Origin: Candidatus Poseidoniaceae archaeon
Lineage (GTDB): Archaea > Thermoplasmatota > Poseidoniia > Poseidoniales > Poseidoniaceae
Assembly (NCBI GenBank): GCA_049616955.1
Contig: JBMZIJ010000002.1
Span: 25,972-89,971, forward strand
DNA length: 64,000 nucleotides
Direction of reading: 5' to 3'
A program made the position numbers and the translations under genes. Below, in pieces: positions 39,920 to 52,074 of this stretch (its first letter is position 1; every line of letters begins with the position of its first letter). The notes below the pieces were generated by a model, which made no database searches, was not told the DNA's origin, and saw nothing but the letters and a program-made list of their open reading frames with translations.

Positions 39920-40467
39920 TCACCTTCTTGTCCAAGCCACTCGAGAGAACCGAGTCCTGGTTGTTTGCATGTCAAACCAATCTTTGAGCGACGAGGGTCA
40001 CTCGTGTCAGGAGACAAGGAAACAATTCGGGCTCGCACCGCAGTACCGATTCCAAGTCGCTTGTCGTCATTTCGGCCAGAGATGGTTCCCGCACCAACAT
40101 TGACTTCAACTTGGTCATCCAAAATTTGGGATTTGTGAAGGAGGGCTTCCATCGGACCGATGCGTACGAAAGCTCCGAATTCGTTGACTTCAGAGATTGC
40201 ACCTTCAACGACTTCGTAGTCGTCCATGCAGAAGAGGAGGGCATCAAAACGAACCCTCTGGTAGATTGCACCGTCTCCGTGAATGATTCGCCCACGTCCG
40301 AGTGGTGTGTGGTTGCTTGTCACCAAAATGAATCGGTTTTGCTCATCGAATCGGCCTTCGAATGCTGTCATAGCCAATCGATCAATGTGCTGATCGAGCG
40401 ATTGTCCTTTTTTCATGTACTCTGCGGGGATACGAATGGTATCCTCCCTTGTGACGATTTTGTACAT
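39916..40467 (-). CDS. rpo7: DNA-directed RNA polymerase subunit E' (Rpo7)
   Basis: DTIRIP, GRIIHGDGA, S1 domain EFGAFVRIGPMEALLHKSQI, KIGLTCKQPGLG. Start refined to MYKIVTRE. Confidence 0.95.
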   Translation of the reverse strand: MYKIVTREDTIRIPAEYMKKGQSLDQHIDRLAMTAFEGRFDEQNRFILVTSNHTPLGRGRIIHGDGAIYQRVRFDALLFCMDDYEVVEGAISEVNEFGAFVRIGPMEALLHKSQILDDQVEVNVGAGTISGRNDDKRLGIGTAVRARIVSLSPDTSDPRRSKIGLTCKQPGLGSLEWLGQEGE

Positions 40468-40580
40468 CTTTTTCCTCTCCCGGGCTTCTCTAACCGAGTG
40501 ATGAAGGGGAAGAGGCTGAACCTTTCCGTCCTTCACCGGCTTTCGCCTCGGGAGAGAAGTTGACCGAAGTCATTTCGCCC
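40468..40580 (-). ncRNA. Candidate structured cis-regulatory 5' leader of the rpo7-spt4-rps24e-rps27ae operon
   Basis: UUCG- and GAAA-capped hairpins, several long complementary stems, and an alternative anti-SD pairing (see findings). Confidence 0.55.
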
Positions 40581-40732
40581 ACTGTCGACCCCTATATGAA
40601 GCCCACGCATCCATTCAAGCAACTGCGAATAAGAAAAATCAATTCTGAGCGCCATCGAAGAGGTTGAAATACAGGCCTACATGATGCTTCAAGAGCAAAA
40701 CAATAACAACCCCTCACGGCCGAATATATACA

Positions 40733-43700
40733 ATGAGTAGCGCAAGCCATTCCAATGCAGGGCAACGCCTCCCTGCGATTGGCATCATAATGTTGATGCT
40801 GATGGTTTCGATTACTCAAATCCAGTTTACGAATTTGTCCTCGATTGAAACGTTAGCTCAATCATCAACTCAACCATGGGATGACCTCGAACAACCATGG
40901 GGTCAATACGGAGGAAGTGCTACGCGAAATGGTTCAATGCCTGTGCATGATTCTCAGTCCGGCGTCATGCTCAGCATTGATGATCCGGTCATCAATTGGG
41001 TTGCACTCGACGATGATATCGGTGCTGATGCATATGGTTCCATTATTGGAAATTTCTCAGGAAGCCTCACGGTCAGCCCCGGAGCTATTGAACGATGTAC
41101 TCCATTAGGTCTGTTTGCCGTCGTTTTGCATGATAGCACATCAACAACATCCACAAAATTATCACTGTTTTCAGGTGATGATGCGGATCTTGCTTGGCAA
41201 GTCGACCTTGGAGATACGAGAGCTGCACGTTCTACCCCGGTTCTTGTCGATGTCGACCTCGACGGGCGAATTGAAATTGTTGTAACCTACGATACCGACT
41301 CTGCACTTCATGTTGATGTATGGTCACCCGAAATTTCCTGTGACGAGTCCGGTTGGCAAAGTAGCGGCCACTCAAACGAGTTAATGTGGTCATGGACAAG
41401 TACTGACTACAGAATTGGCATCACAAGCCCGCATTTTCAAACACGGCAAAGCAATCATCTTTCAGTAACCCAGCCACTCCTTGCGGATTTGGAACTTGAT
41501 GGACAGCCCGAACTTGTACTAACAGTGGTGGATACGACAACGGATGACCCACACATCCTCAGCCTCCCTCTCGGTGCAAATACGCCAACTGAGAATTGGG
41601 ATGTTACACTCGACCGTGGAACACATCCGAGTGATCCTGCGTGGGCTCAACTGGATGATCAGAACTCAGTCGTCGTCGCCACAACCATCGATGAGAACTC
41701 AGGGAACATGTGGATTTGGAGAATTGATGGGAGTACCGGCTCAAACGATTGGGGACGTGTGGCGCTCGCAGGGACTGATACAGATTCGGATGCTCCAAGG
41801 CTTCGCCTACCAAGCCCGGTTGTCGTTCAACTCGATACAGATGCAGCCCCCGAAATGATTCTCACAGTGCCAACAGATGCAAATGGTAGGACGATTGGAT
41901 TAGGAGCACGCTTCATCGGTATGGAACTTACGTCAACCGAAGAAATCTTCTCGTTCCGTGCCCGTAATGGTTACGCAGATGCCCCTCCACTCCCGATCGA
42001 CCTTGATCAGGATGGCATTCATGATCGTCTCTGTTGGGCAACTTGGTATTCGGCATCCTCCGTTACATTCGACCGCGAAGGAATGGTTGGATGTCATGAT
42101 TTGACCGATGACCCACCTTCTGAAGAATGGAACAAAATCATGAATCGAGGTGGTTCTGGTAACGATAACGACGAAATTGCTGTATCACCGCCTGCTTGGA
42201 TGGATATTGATGGTGAAGGTGATCCTGAAATCATCGTAGCATTCGGCCGCCGTATTTTTGCTTTTGAAGGCGATACAGGATTTGAAAATGAAGTATCAGA
42301 CGGTTGGGATGAACCCCTTTCAATGCCACACCGCGTGTGGTCTGCACCTGCTTTCGCTGATCTCGATGGCGATGGATATCTCGACATGCTTTATGGTGAC
42401 ACTTTGGTTTCACAACGATTGCTCGACCTTGCTCCATTACCTGATGGAAATGGCATTTCGTTCAACCCAGTGGCACCAGATCCGGGTCAAACACTCACGG
42501 TTACCGGACAATTTGCCAATGTTGGAACGTGGGAAAATGAAGACAGCATCGATTGTGCTTTGTACATGGATGGTCAAGAATTGACTCGTGTACGCTTCGA
42601 TGATTTGGATCCTCTTTCACCCTCTGGAGAAGGTGGCCCTGCAACCTTCAGCGTGGACGTTACAGCCACCCTTGGAACCCACGTGTTCGAATTAATTCTC
42701 GATGTCAATCAAAACCTCACAGAGGCACGCGAGGACAACAATGTCGCGCAAGTCTCGCTGACGGTGGTTGAGCCATATGCAGTCCTCATTCAAGGTCCAG
42801 AGACTGTGACGAGAGTCGATCCAGGTACGTCTGAAATCGTCGATGTAAGCATAACTGCAACGGGTTCACGAACTGCAGATTGGAACATTACCTACGACAC
42901 ATCCAACCTACCCCCAGATTGGAATGTTGTACCTCAAGCAGGAACGAATTTGCAAGAGGTCGAACTCGTCCCAGCATCGCCTGTTTCAGTTCCTTTCGTT
43001 GCCACGTTACCAACCGATGCACTTGGTGATGAAGATGGATACATCGAAGTAACCGCAACATTGGTTTCGGATCCTAGTGTCCAAACGTCCATGTGGATTC
43101 CTATTGAAGCGCTTCGAACTCGTGGCTTATCTCTGGTTGGACCAAGCGGCCTTGCTTCTTCTGATGGTTATGGTATTCCCGGATACGCCGCAGAAGCCTA
43201 TGTTTTGATTGAAAATTTGGGGAACGCTGTTGAAACCACAACATCAATTGATTGGACGAGCCCATCATGGGGAGGAACCCCTGTTCTTTACGATGGTTCA
43301 AACAACGTTTACTCAATTACACTCCAACCAGGAGAAAAGAAGGAAATGAAAATCCTTCTCGATGTTCCTAGTTCAACCAACTTAGGTGCCACGACAAGCA
43401 CGACTCTGACGACGTGCATAGGAAGCGGAGAGGATACGCTATGTCGTTCGCTTGATGCAAATTTTACGGCGGTAGGTTCGCATACATCTCCAACACACAT
43501 TCGTACGGTTCCAGACCTTACGCATCAATTTGAATTCCGAATGATGTTGCCTCAATCAGGAACATTGAGTTGGGATCTCAACCAAGCAAATATCGCTCTT
43601 CCTAACTGGCAATGGAACATTACGAGTGGAGGAACCCTCCAGAATGGTGTTCTTACTGCAACTGGTTCTGCCAATTCGTATCACATCGTCGATCTCGAGG

Positions 43701-46369
43701 TCTACATTCCACCTAATGCCCAGCCTCAACGACTTACTTTTTCCACTGAAGAACAAAGCTCAGTCGCAAATCAAGCATTCGATTTGAGCATTCACGTACT
43801 CCAAATTCATCGTGCTGCTCTCAATGTTATTGACCCTGTACCTTCGAGCGAAGCAACAGGATTCAATGTCAGTACAACACATCAAATTCTCATACAACTC
43901 GAGAACCCTGGAAACGGTGACGACACGTACCAATTTGAGGCAAGAGTTGTACCAACGGAAACAATATCTGAACAGGATGTCGAATTTACGTATTACAACC
44001 CTGTGAGAACGTTAGGTCCATTGGCGACAACCATCATGCCATTGGATATCGAATTGAGTGAAACACTGCCTGCTGCTCAACCATTCTACCTTGAATTTGA
44101 ATGGGAATCGATGGTGAACAAATCGGTAAAGGCAACAACAACCTTGTTGATCGAAGCAGAACAACGTCATGAGTGGGACATCGTCGTTGTAGGCGGTCAA
44201 CAACAAAGCGTTCAACCAAGCAGTGACCATCTACTTGAATTCAACATTACAAATACAGGAAATTTCCTTGACAATGTTCAACTCATACCGACGCTATCGG
44301 TCATAACAGATTCCAACGATTCCGCAGTTTGGCAACCCCATGAAACGATTACTTCAACGATGCTCGAAGTCAATTCCTCGACGATGTTGAGTGTCTCACA
44401 ACCCATCCCTTATGCTTGGAAAGATGCGAATGCAAGATTATCGTACCAAGTTGTCGCTTCGGGATATGTTCTCGACCAATTTGACATTGATCTAACGGTG
44501 TTGGAATATTCCGAATGGGAGCTTAATCTTGCCAACAGTCATCTCGAAATACTGCCGGGTGGAGATTTCATTCAAGTCGAACTTGAGCAAAGAGGAAACA
44601 CCCCCTCGATTCCATTCCTGACGAAATTTGGCATGGGCTGGAACATTTCATTGCCTGATGGCGAACTGATGGAACCTGGTCAAACCTCGGAATTAAGCAT
44701 CTATGTCGAAGCACCAATTGATGCTCGTGAAGGTGATGTCAACATTTTACAAATCCGTGTGTCCGACGCTGTTGGCCAGGGCATGGAAGTGTTCGACGTC
44801 CCAGTGCGTGTTGTTGGTTCGTCAAGTTATGAACTGCAAACTGTACCGGAATGGTTTGTTTCTTCCGTTGGCGGATACCCGCTGGCTTGGGTTGAAAATA
44901 CAGGGAATGATTTACCAGAGATTCAACTCCAAGTTCTCAATTTGCCACAAGGCTGGTCTACAGAAATGACCACAACATTCCAACTCGTTCCTGGAGAAAT
45001 TCGGGGAGTACCGATCAAACTCATACCACCGGCTGACTGGAACCAGGAAAGTTTCGATCTCACCATCGAACTGACCCATACTTCACTTGGAACGAATCAA
45101 ATCGAATTTACAATTCACTCATCGAACATATCGTTCGCATCAAGTCCAGTATTATGGGCACGTAGTGGCACACAACTCTCCGTTGACGTTTTCAATGGTG
45201 GCCAAAATCCAATCGACGGCGATATTGAATCCGTGTCGGGTTCAAGTTACACCTTCGATCTTCCTGAGGGCACAGAACACCTCAATCTTTCGAGTGGTAA
45301 TGACAGAATTCAACTTGTACTTCTTGGAAGAGATTCCCCGCAACTTGAAGCAGATTGCTCCTTTATCAATGAAGCATTGACGAGTCTTGGCAGAATATCT
45401 CTCAATGGGGATTTTGTGAGTTGTGAAGTTACTGGAGACCCATCTTCAAACACAAGAATCTCCTTTGTTGTTTCAACAAGTAGAGGTGATTCAATTCCAC
45501 TTGGATCAACGAATTTTATTGTTCTTGAAAACGAGTCAACCTTCACCAACTTAAGTTTGAATGATTGGGATCCGTCTCCTGGAACGTTTACAATTTTCAT
45601 TACTGCATACGATGAATACGGAAATGTGCTCGAAACCTTGAGCAAAGAAGTAACAGCCAAGGAGTCGGGATGGAATGTAGGCATCAGTAGTATTTCGGCG
45701 AAGGGAAGCATTAATGTCGCTGTTTCCCGAACAAATTACGTCGTTTTAGAGGATGCTGTTTGTGTTCTCACTGTATCAAGCCGGACAAGCAATTTCGAAT
45801 CAAAGATTCTCGTTGACTTTGCGGGAAGTCAATTCTCTCCAAATGTCCGAATCGATTCGACAGGCCTCAATGACAAGGAACAATTGGATGCGGTTATCGC
45901 CTGTAACAGTCCTTTCGACGTTGATGATGATCCAAGTGACGATAGTGCTTCAGTGATTTTCGAGATGAAGGACGAATCTGTTCTTCAATCTTCAAGTCTG
46001 CTTTGGGGTGCTTTAGTCACCGTCATTGTCGTAGGGATATACCTCTTTGTCATCCAGCGCCAGGATAGTGCTTTGGTTCGTGCAGCGAGTCGAGAGCAAA
46101 ACACAATCAAACCGAAGGAAACAATACCGCCTTCAACAGAGTTGGATACAGTCAGTTCTGATACGGAAGAGGCAGGTGGTGATGACATCACTACATTTGT
46201 CGAACCAGAGCCTGAACAAGCACCCCCCTCAATGGTCGAAGAAGTTCCTGCCGTCGATGATTTAACACCATCAGGTCGCTTGGATTCAATTCGCAAAGAA
46301 ATGAATCCAGATGAAGATAAGGAACCGGAATCAACCATTGAAGATCGTATGTCGAAATTTTTCCAATGA
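40733..46369 (+). CDS. Very large cell-surface protein: FG-GAP-like repeats, CARDB/NEW3-like Ig-fold domains, C-terminal TM and acidic tail
   Basis: Signal segment. DVDLDGRIEIV, DLELDGQPELV, DLDGDGYLDML repeats. CARDB-like LDVNQNLTEAREDNN. Repeated ENxGN motifs. TM LLWGALVTVIVVGIYLFVI. Confidence 0.88.
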   Translation: MSSASHSNAGQRLPAIGIIMLMLMVSITQIQFTNLSSIETLAQSSTQPWDDLEQPWGQYGGSATRNGSMPVHDSQSGVMLSIDDPVINWVALDDDIGADAYGSIIGNFSGSLTVSPGAIERCTPLGLFAVVLHDSTSTTSTKLSLFSGDDADLAWQVDLGDTRAARSTPVLVDVDLDGRIEIVVTYDTDSALHVDVWSPEISCDESGWQSSGHSNELMWSWTSTDYRIGITSPHFQTRQSNHLSVTQPLLADLELDGQPELVLTVVDTTTDDPHILSLPLGANTPTENWDVTLDRGTHPSDPAWAQLDDQNSVVVATTIDENSGNMWIWRIDGSTGSNDWGRVALAGTDTDSDAPRLRLPSPVVVQLDTDAAPEMILTVPTDANGRTIGLGARFIGMELTSTEEIFSFRARNGYADAPPLPIDLDQDGIHDRLCWATWYSASSVTFDREGMVGCHDLTDDPPSEEWNKIMNRGGSGNDNDEIAVSPPAWMDIDGEGDPEIIVAFGRRIFAFEGDTGFENEVSDGWDEPLSMPHRVWSAPAFADLDGDGYLDMLYGDTLVSQRLLDLAPLPDGNGISFNPVAPDPGQTLTVTGQFANVGTWENEDSIDCALYMDGQELTRVRFDDLDPLSPSGEGGPATFSVDVTATLGTHVFELILDVNQNLTEAREDNNVAQVSLTVVEPYAVLIQGPETVTRVDPGTSEIVDVSITATGSRTADWNITYDTSNLPPDWNVVPQAGTNLQEVELVPASPVSVPFVATLPTDALGDEDGYIEVTATLVSDPSVQTSMWIPIEALRTRGLSLVGPSGLASSDGYGIPGYAAEAYVLIENLGNAVETTTSIDWTSPSWGGTPVLYDGSNNVYSITLQPGEKKEMKILLDVPSSTNLGATTSTTLTTCIGSGEDTLCRSLDANFTAVGSHTSPTHIRTVPDLTHQFEFRMMLPQSGTLSWDLNQANIALPNWQWNITSGGTLQNGVLTATGSANSYHIVDLEVYIPPNAQPQRLTFSTEEQSSVANQAFDLSIHVLQIHRAALNVIDPVPSSEATGFNVSTTHQILIQLENPGNGDDTYQFEARVVPTETISEQDVEFTYYNPVRTLGPLATTIMPLDIELSETLPAAQPFYLEFEWESMVNKSVKATTTLLIEAEQRHEWDIVVVGGQQQSVQPSSDHLLEFNITNTGNFLDNVQLIPTLSVITDSNDSAVWQPHETITSTMLEVNSSTMLSVSQPIPYAWKDANARLSYQVVASGYVLDQFDIDLTVLEYSEWELNLANSHLEILPGGDFIQVELEQRGNTPSIPFLTKFGMGWNISLPDGELMEPGQTSELSIYVEAPIDAREGDVNILQIRVSDAVGQGMEVFDVPVRVVGSSSYELQTVPEWFVSSVGGYPLAWVENTGNDLPEIQLQVLNLPQGWSTEMTTTFQLVPGEIRGVPIKLIPPADWNQESFDLTIELTHTSLGTNQIEFTIHSSNISFASSPVLWARSGTQLSVDVFNGGQNPIDGDIESVSGSSYTFDLPEGTEHLNLSSGNDRIQLVLLGRDSPQLEADCSFINEALTSLGRISLNGDFVSCEVTGDPSSNTRISFVVSTSRGDSIPLGSTNFIVLENESTFTNLSLNDWDPSPGTFTIFITAYDEYGNVLETLSKEVTAKESGWNVGISSISAKGSINVAVSRTNYVVLEDAVCVLTVSSRTSNFESKILVDFAGSQFSPNVRIDSTGLNDKEQLDAVIACNSPFDVDDDPSDDSASVIFEMKDESVLQSSSLLWGALVTVIVVGIYLFVIQRQDSALVRAASREQNTIKPKETIPPSTELDTVSSDTEEAGGDDITTFVEPEPEQAPPSMVEEVPAVDDLTPSGRLDSIRKEMNPDEDKEPESTIEDRMSKFFQ

Positions 46370-46407
46370 ACATCACATACATCAATAGAGGTGAATGTTT
46401 GGGATGA

Positions 46408-47079
46408 ATGATGAAGCCAAGTCAGCAGAGTACGACCGCTTTTTACACGCTCGATGGATGCCATTCTGGCCTTGTATCAGTGGTCTTTGATGCGCTGGTT
46501 TCAATACAAAAAGGCTCAAACGAACAATGGGAGATTGTTTGTGAGCATCCACGAATACAAGAGAGGTTTCGAACCCAAGGCATTGATGAGTTTGAACCAA
46601 GATCCATGATTTCATGGGATGACCCTACACTCTTGTTCACACTGACAAGGATGTTGGACGGAGATAACCTTCCAATCATGCTTGGAGAGGATAAGAACAG
46701 GGAGCGATTTGGTCGATTCCCACATTCAACTGGTTCAACCATTCAATATGTTCGAGAAAATGTCAGAACTGTTGGCTCACAAACCAATGAACTCTATGAC
46801 GACCTTGTGACACATCTCGATTATCTCCTGACTCGTTGCAATTCAGACAATGTTGGAGATGGGCGTTACATGGATGGTAAGGCTGGCTTGAACATCATGG
46901 GTTTCCTTACATGCGACGAAGTTAAAACACTACGTTCAAGCTTGTTAGGAGGAGGATGGACTGTGGCTAAAGACGAACCTATTGATGGTGGAGTACGTGA
47001 TGCTATGCGTCACCTGAACGCTCTCCTCTTGGCCGCAGAACGCCACAATGCAGGACTCATTCATCGAATGCACGCTTGA
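46408..47079 (+). CDS. Hypothetical protein
   Basis: 223-aa ORF filling the gap between neighbours, with normal composition. No motif recognised. Confidence 0.65.
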   Translation: MMKPSQQSTTAFYTLDGCHSGLVSVVFDALVSIQKGSNEQWEIVCEHPRIQERFRTQGIDEFEPRSMISWDDPTLLFTLTRMLDGDNLPIMLGEDKNRERFGRFPHSTGSTIQYVRENVRTVGSQTNELYDDLVTHLDYLLTRCNSDNVGDGRYMDGKAGLNIMGFLTCDEVKTLRSSLLGGGWTVAKDEPIDGGVRDAMRHLNALLLAAERHNAGLIHRMHA

Positions 47080-47080
47080 A

Positions 47081-47986
47081 TCAGAACGTTTCCGATGTAA
47101 GTCGCTCATACATCGAAGCATAAAGAGCGGCTGTTTCGTCAATAACGGATTGTGGAAGGGCAGGGATTGGCGGGTCTGTCGTTCCAGCATCACGTGCAGC
47201 TTTCAATTCTGCCTGATGACCCGTATTGATGTAATGCGTTCGAACAAATTCCTTAGAGAGTTCAATGCACTCTCCGTTTGCGTATGCTTCAGCATCCCAC
47301 CAACGATCTTCGTCAAGTGTACCAAATGTATCAACAAGAACGACTTTTCGTCCTGGTCCAAGAGCGAATTCCTTCTTACCATCGACGTGAATAAGACCAT
47401 TCTTGGCTGCCTCTCGTTCAATGATTTCATCTATTTTCAGGACTGCAGTAACAATTGCATCGTACTCCTCATCAGTAATGTTTGAGATTTCAAGTGCTTC
47501 TGCACGATCGATGTTACGATCGTAGGCTTCGAATTTCGTCGTAACCTCAACGAATGGTTTGTCCAGTTTTGCACCGTATTCGCAATCTGCTGATACACCG
47601 AGTTGTTCAGGGGTCAATTCCCCCCTTTGGAATCGTCTCCATGCAGATCCTGAAAGGTAATGTCGGCAAATGAATTCAAGTGGAACGAAGACCCATTCCA
47701 TGTCTCGGGGAATTGCACCTGGTTCTTTGATGACTTCGACCTTTCGAACGAGGCATCGGTCGGCTGAGTTAACTTCAACGAGGTGTGTTCCACAAACACC
47801 TTCTTCTTCAACCAACTTGAACCAATGTGCTGTGGTTCTGTTCAATGATTCACCTTTCCGAGGAATCAAGGAAGGAATGATTTGATCGAAGACTGAAATT
47901 TGATTGGTAAATCGAAATTCCAAAACATCCGGGTCATCTGTAGACCAAACTTGCTTAACCTTACCTTGATAGAGCATTTCACCCAT
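47081..47986 (-). CDS. purC: SAICAR synthetase
   Basis: LYQGKVKQVW, ISVFD, PLEFICRHYLSGS, VDGKKEF, DTFGTLDEDRWW, LSKEFVR. Confidence 0.95.
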   Translation of the reverse strand: MGEMLYQGKVKQVWSTDDPDVLEFRFTNQISVFDQIIPSLIPRKGESLNRTTAHWFKLVEEEGVCGTHLVEVNSADRCLVRKVEVIKEPGAIPRDMEWVFVPLEFICRHYLSGSAWRRFQRGELTPEQLGVSADCEYGAKLDKPFVEVTTKFEAYDRNIDRAEALEISNITDEEYDAIVTAVLKIDEIIEREAAKNGLIHVDGKKEFALGPGRKVVLVDTFGTLDEDRWWDAEAYANGECIELSKEFVRTHYINTGHQAELKAARDAGTTDPPIPALPQSVIDETAALYASMYERLTSETF

Positions 47987-48032
47987 GAACAAGTTTCATG
48001 AAGAGAGGCTCTTGAACATTGGCGTTCGACTT

Positions 48033-48695
48033 TCAGATGATGCCGAGTGCATCTTCAATTCGATTTAATTCTGGACCAGTGGTTTCACTACCTGCAACTG
48101 CACCGTCATTGGAAGCACAGATACCAGCACCTACATACGGAGAACCAAATGAAACTGTTCCTACCATTGGAGGAACTCCGAGAACCTCTTCAATGAGCAG
48201 CACCTCATCGCCGGCAACATCTGGATGAAGTAAAACACCCTGATCGTTTACCACGCCAAGACTACCAACGACATCTTGCCCACCAATCGTTGTAGCGATA
48301 ATATCAACTCCAAGAACATCGGCGAGAATCTCCAAACCATCTTGAGGAATACTCGGTGAAGCGACACAGCCTTGTTCGTTTGCTAAAAGGAGATTTCCGG
48401 CAGTATTCACGCCTCCTTCCATGACGACAACATCGCCATAAGCAGTAAGTTGGTCAATATCCTTCTCTGTGGCGATATCAGCAACAGCGATACCATTTGA
48501 ATTTCCTGCAAGCAAGGCTCCAATGAGATTTGAACCACCGATTGAAATGGGGGCCATCTCGAGTTGCAACGTTGTTTCAAGTTGCTCAAGAACTAGTTCA
48601 GGAAGTTCTCGGGGATGGAAGAGGACTTTGCCAACAGATGAGAGATGAATTCCGATTTGGTCGGAACCGAGAATATCCAATGTATCAATCGGCAT
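48033..48695 (-). CDS. eif6: Translation initiation / anti-association factor aIF6
   Basis: IGGSNLIGALLAGNSNG, GNLLLANEQG, GTVSFGSPYVGAG, TTGPELNRIEDALG. GAGGTGA SD before ATG 48695. Confidence 0.95.
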   Translation of the reverse strand: MPIDTLDILGSDQIGIHLSSVGKVLFHPRELPELVLEQLETTLQLEMAPISIGGSNLIGALLAGNSNGIAVADIATEKDIDQLTAYGDVVVMEGGVNTAGNLLLANEQGCVASPSIPQDGLEILADVLGVDIIATTIGGQDVVGSLGVVNDQGVLLHPDVAGDEVLLIEEVLGVPPMVGTVSFGSPYVGAGICASNDGAVAGSETTGPELNRIEDALGII

Positions 48696-48748
48696 GACCT
48701 TCACCTCGTTACGATGTATCCATACGTAGTTTAGAAATCTTAGGTGTA

Positions 48749-48786
48749 AGGAAGAAAAAGATCGGGGAAAACCAAGAGGAAAGAAG
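48749..48786 (-). terminator. Pyrimidine/T-rich tract after 5S rRNA (archaeal-type terminator)
   Basis: Minus strand reads CTTCTTTCCTCTTGGTTTTCCCCGATCTTTTTCTTCC directly after the 5S 3' end. Confidence 0.5.
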
Positions 48787-48909
48787 AGGGGCACAGTGAC
48801 TGCCGTTCCCGTGGACTCTCGTACCACAGTATTGGGACAGACGCAGAAGGGCTTGACTTCCGGGTTCGGGATGGGACCGGGTAAACACCTTCGCTGTGAC
48901 CGTGCACCC
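48787..48909 (-). rRNA. rrf: 5S ribosomal RNA
   Basis: CCCATCCCGAACCCGGAAGTCAAGCC core, terminal helix GGGTGCACGG/CTGTGCCCC. Ends approximate. Confidence 0.95.
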
Positions 48910-48952
48910 ATCTTCTTTCGAATTGGAATGACACGACATGGCGTCGCATCGT

Positions 48953-48979
48953 GAATTGGCATGCTTATTAGACGAAGGG
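48953..48979 (-). other. 3' arm of the 23S pre-rRNA processing stem (bulge-helix-bulge)
   Basis: CCCTTCG-TCTA-ATA-AGCATGCCAATTC pairs with 51888-51914. Confidence 0.85.
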
Positions 48980-49007
48980 CACTCGAGGTGCGGATACATA
49001 ATGAAAA

Positions 49008-51857
<2,850 letters not shown>

Positions 51858-51887
51858 ACATGTATGTATTCCACACCATGCGAGTAA

Positions 51888-51914
51888 CCCTTCGGTATCT
51901 AAACATGCCAATTC
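51888..51914 (-). other. 5' arm of the 23S pre-rRNA processing stem (bulge-helix-bulge)
   Basis: GAATTGGCATGTT-TAGA-TAC-CGAAGGG pairs with 48953-48979. Confidence 0.85.
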
Positions 51915-52043
51915 GGCTTCCACAGAAAACCACCTCCCCGAGGGATGGTTCTCCTCAGCCCTTCCCCCGACAGCAGTTGCCGAGGTGCTAAGCAACCTTC
52001 CGACCTACCTCACGTATATGAAGAAATCGGATGCCAACTTGCC

Positions 52044-52050
52044 TTTAAAT
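52044..52050 (-). promoter_or_regulatory. Probable TATA box of the 23S-5S transcription unit
   Basis: ATTTAAA on the minus strand between the upstream CDS stop (52075) and the structured rRNA leader. Confidence 0.55.
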
Positions 52051-52074
52051 CAGTCCATTGGGCGCAAATTATGG

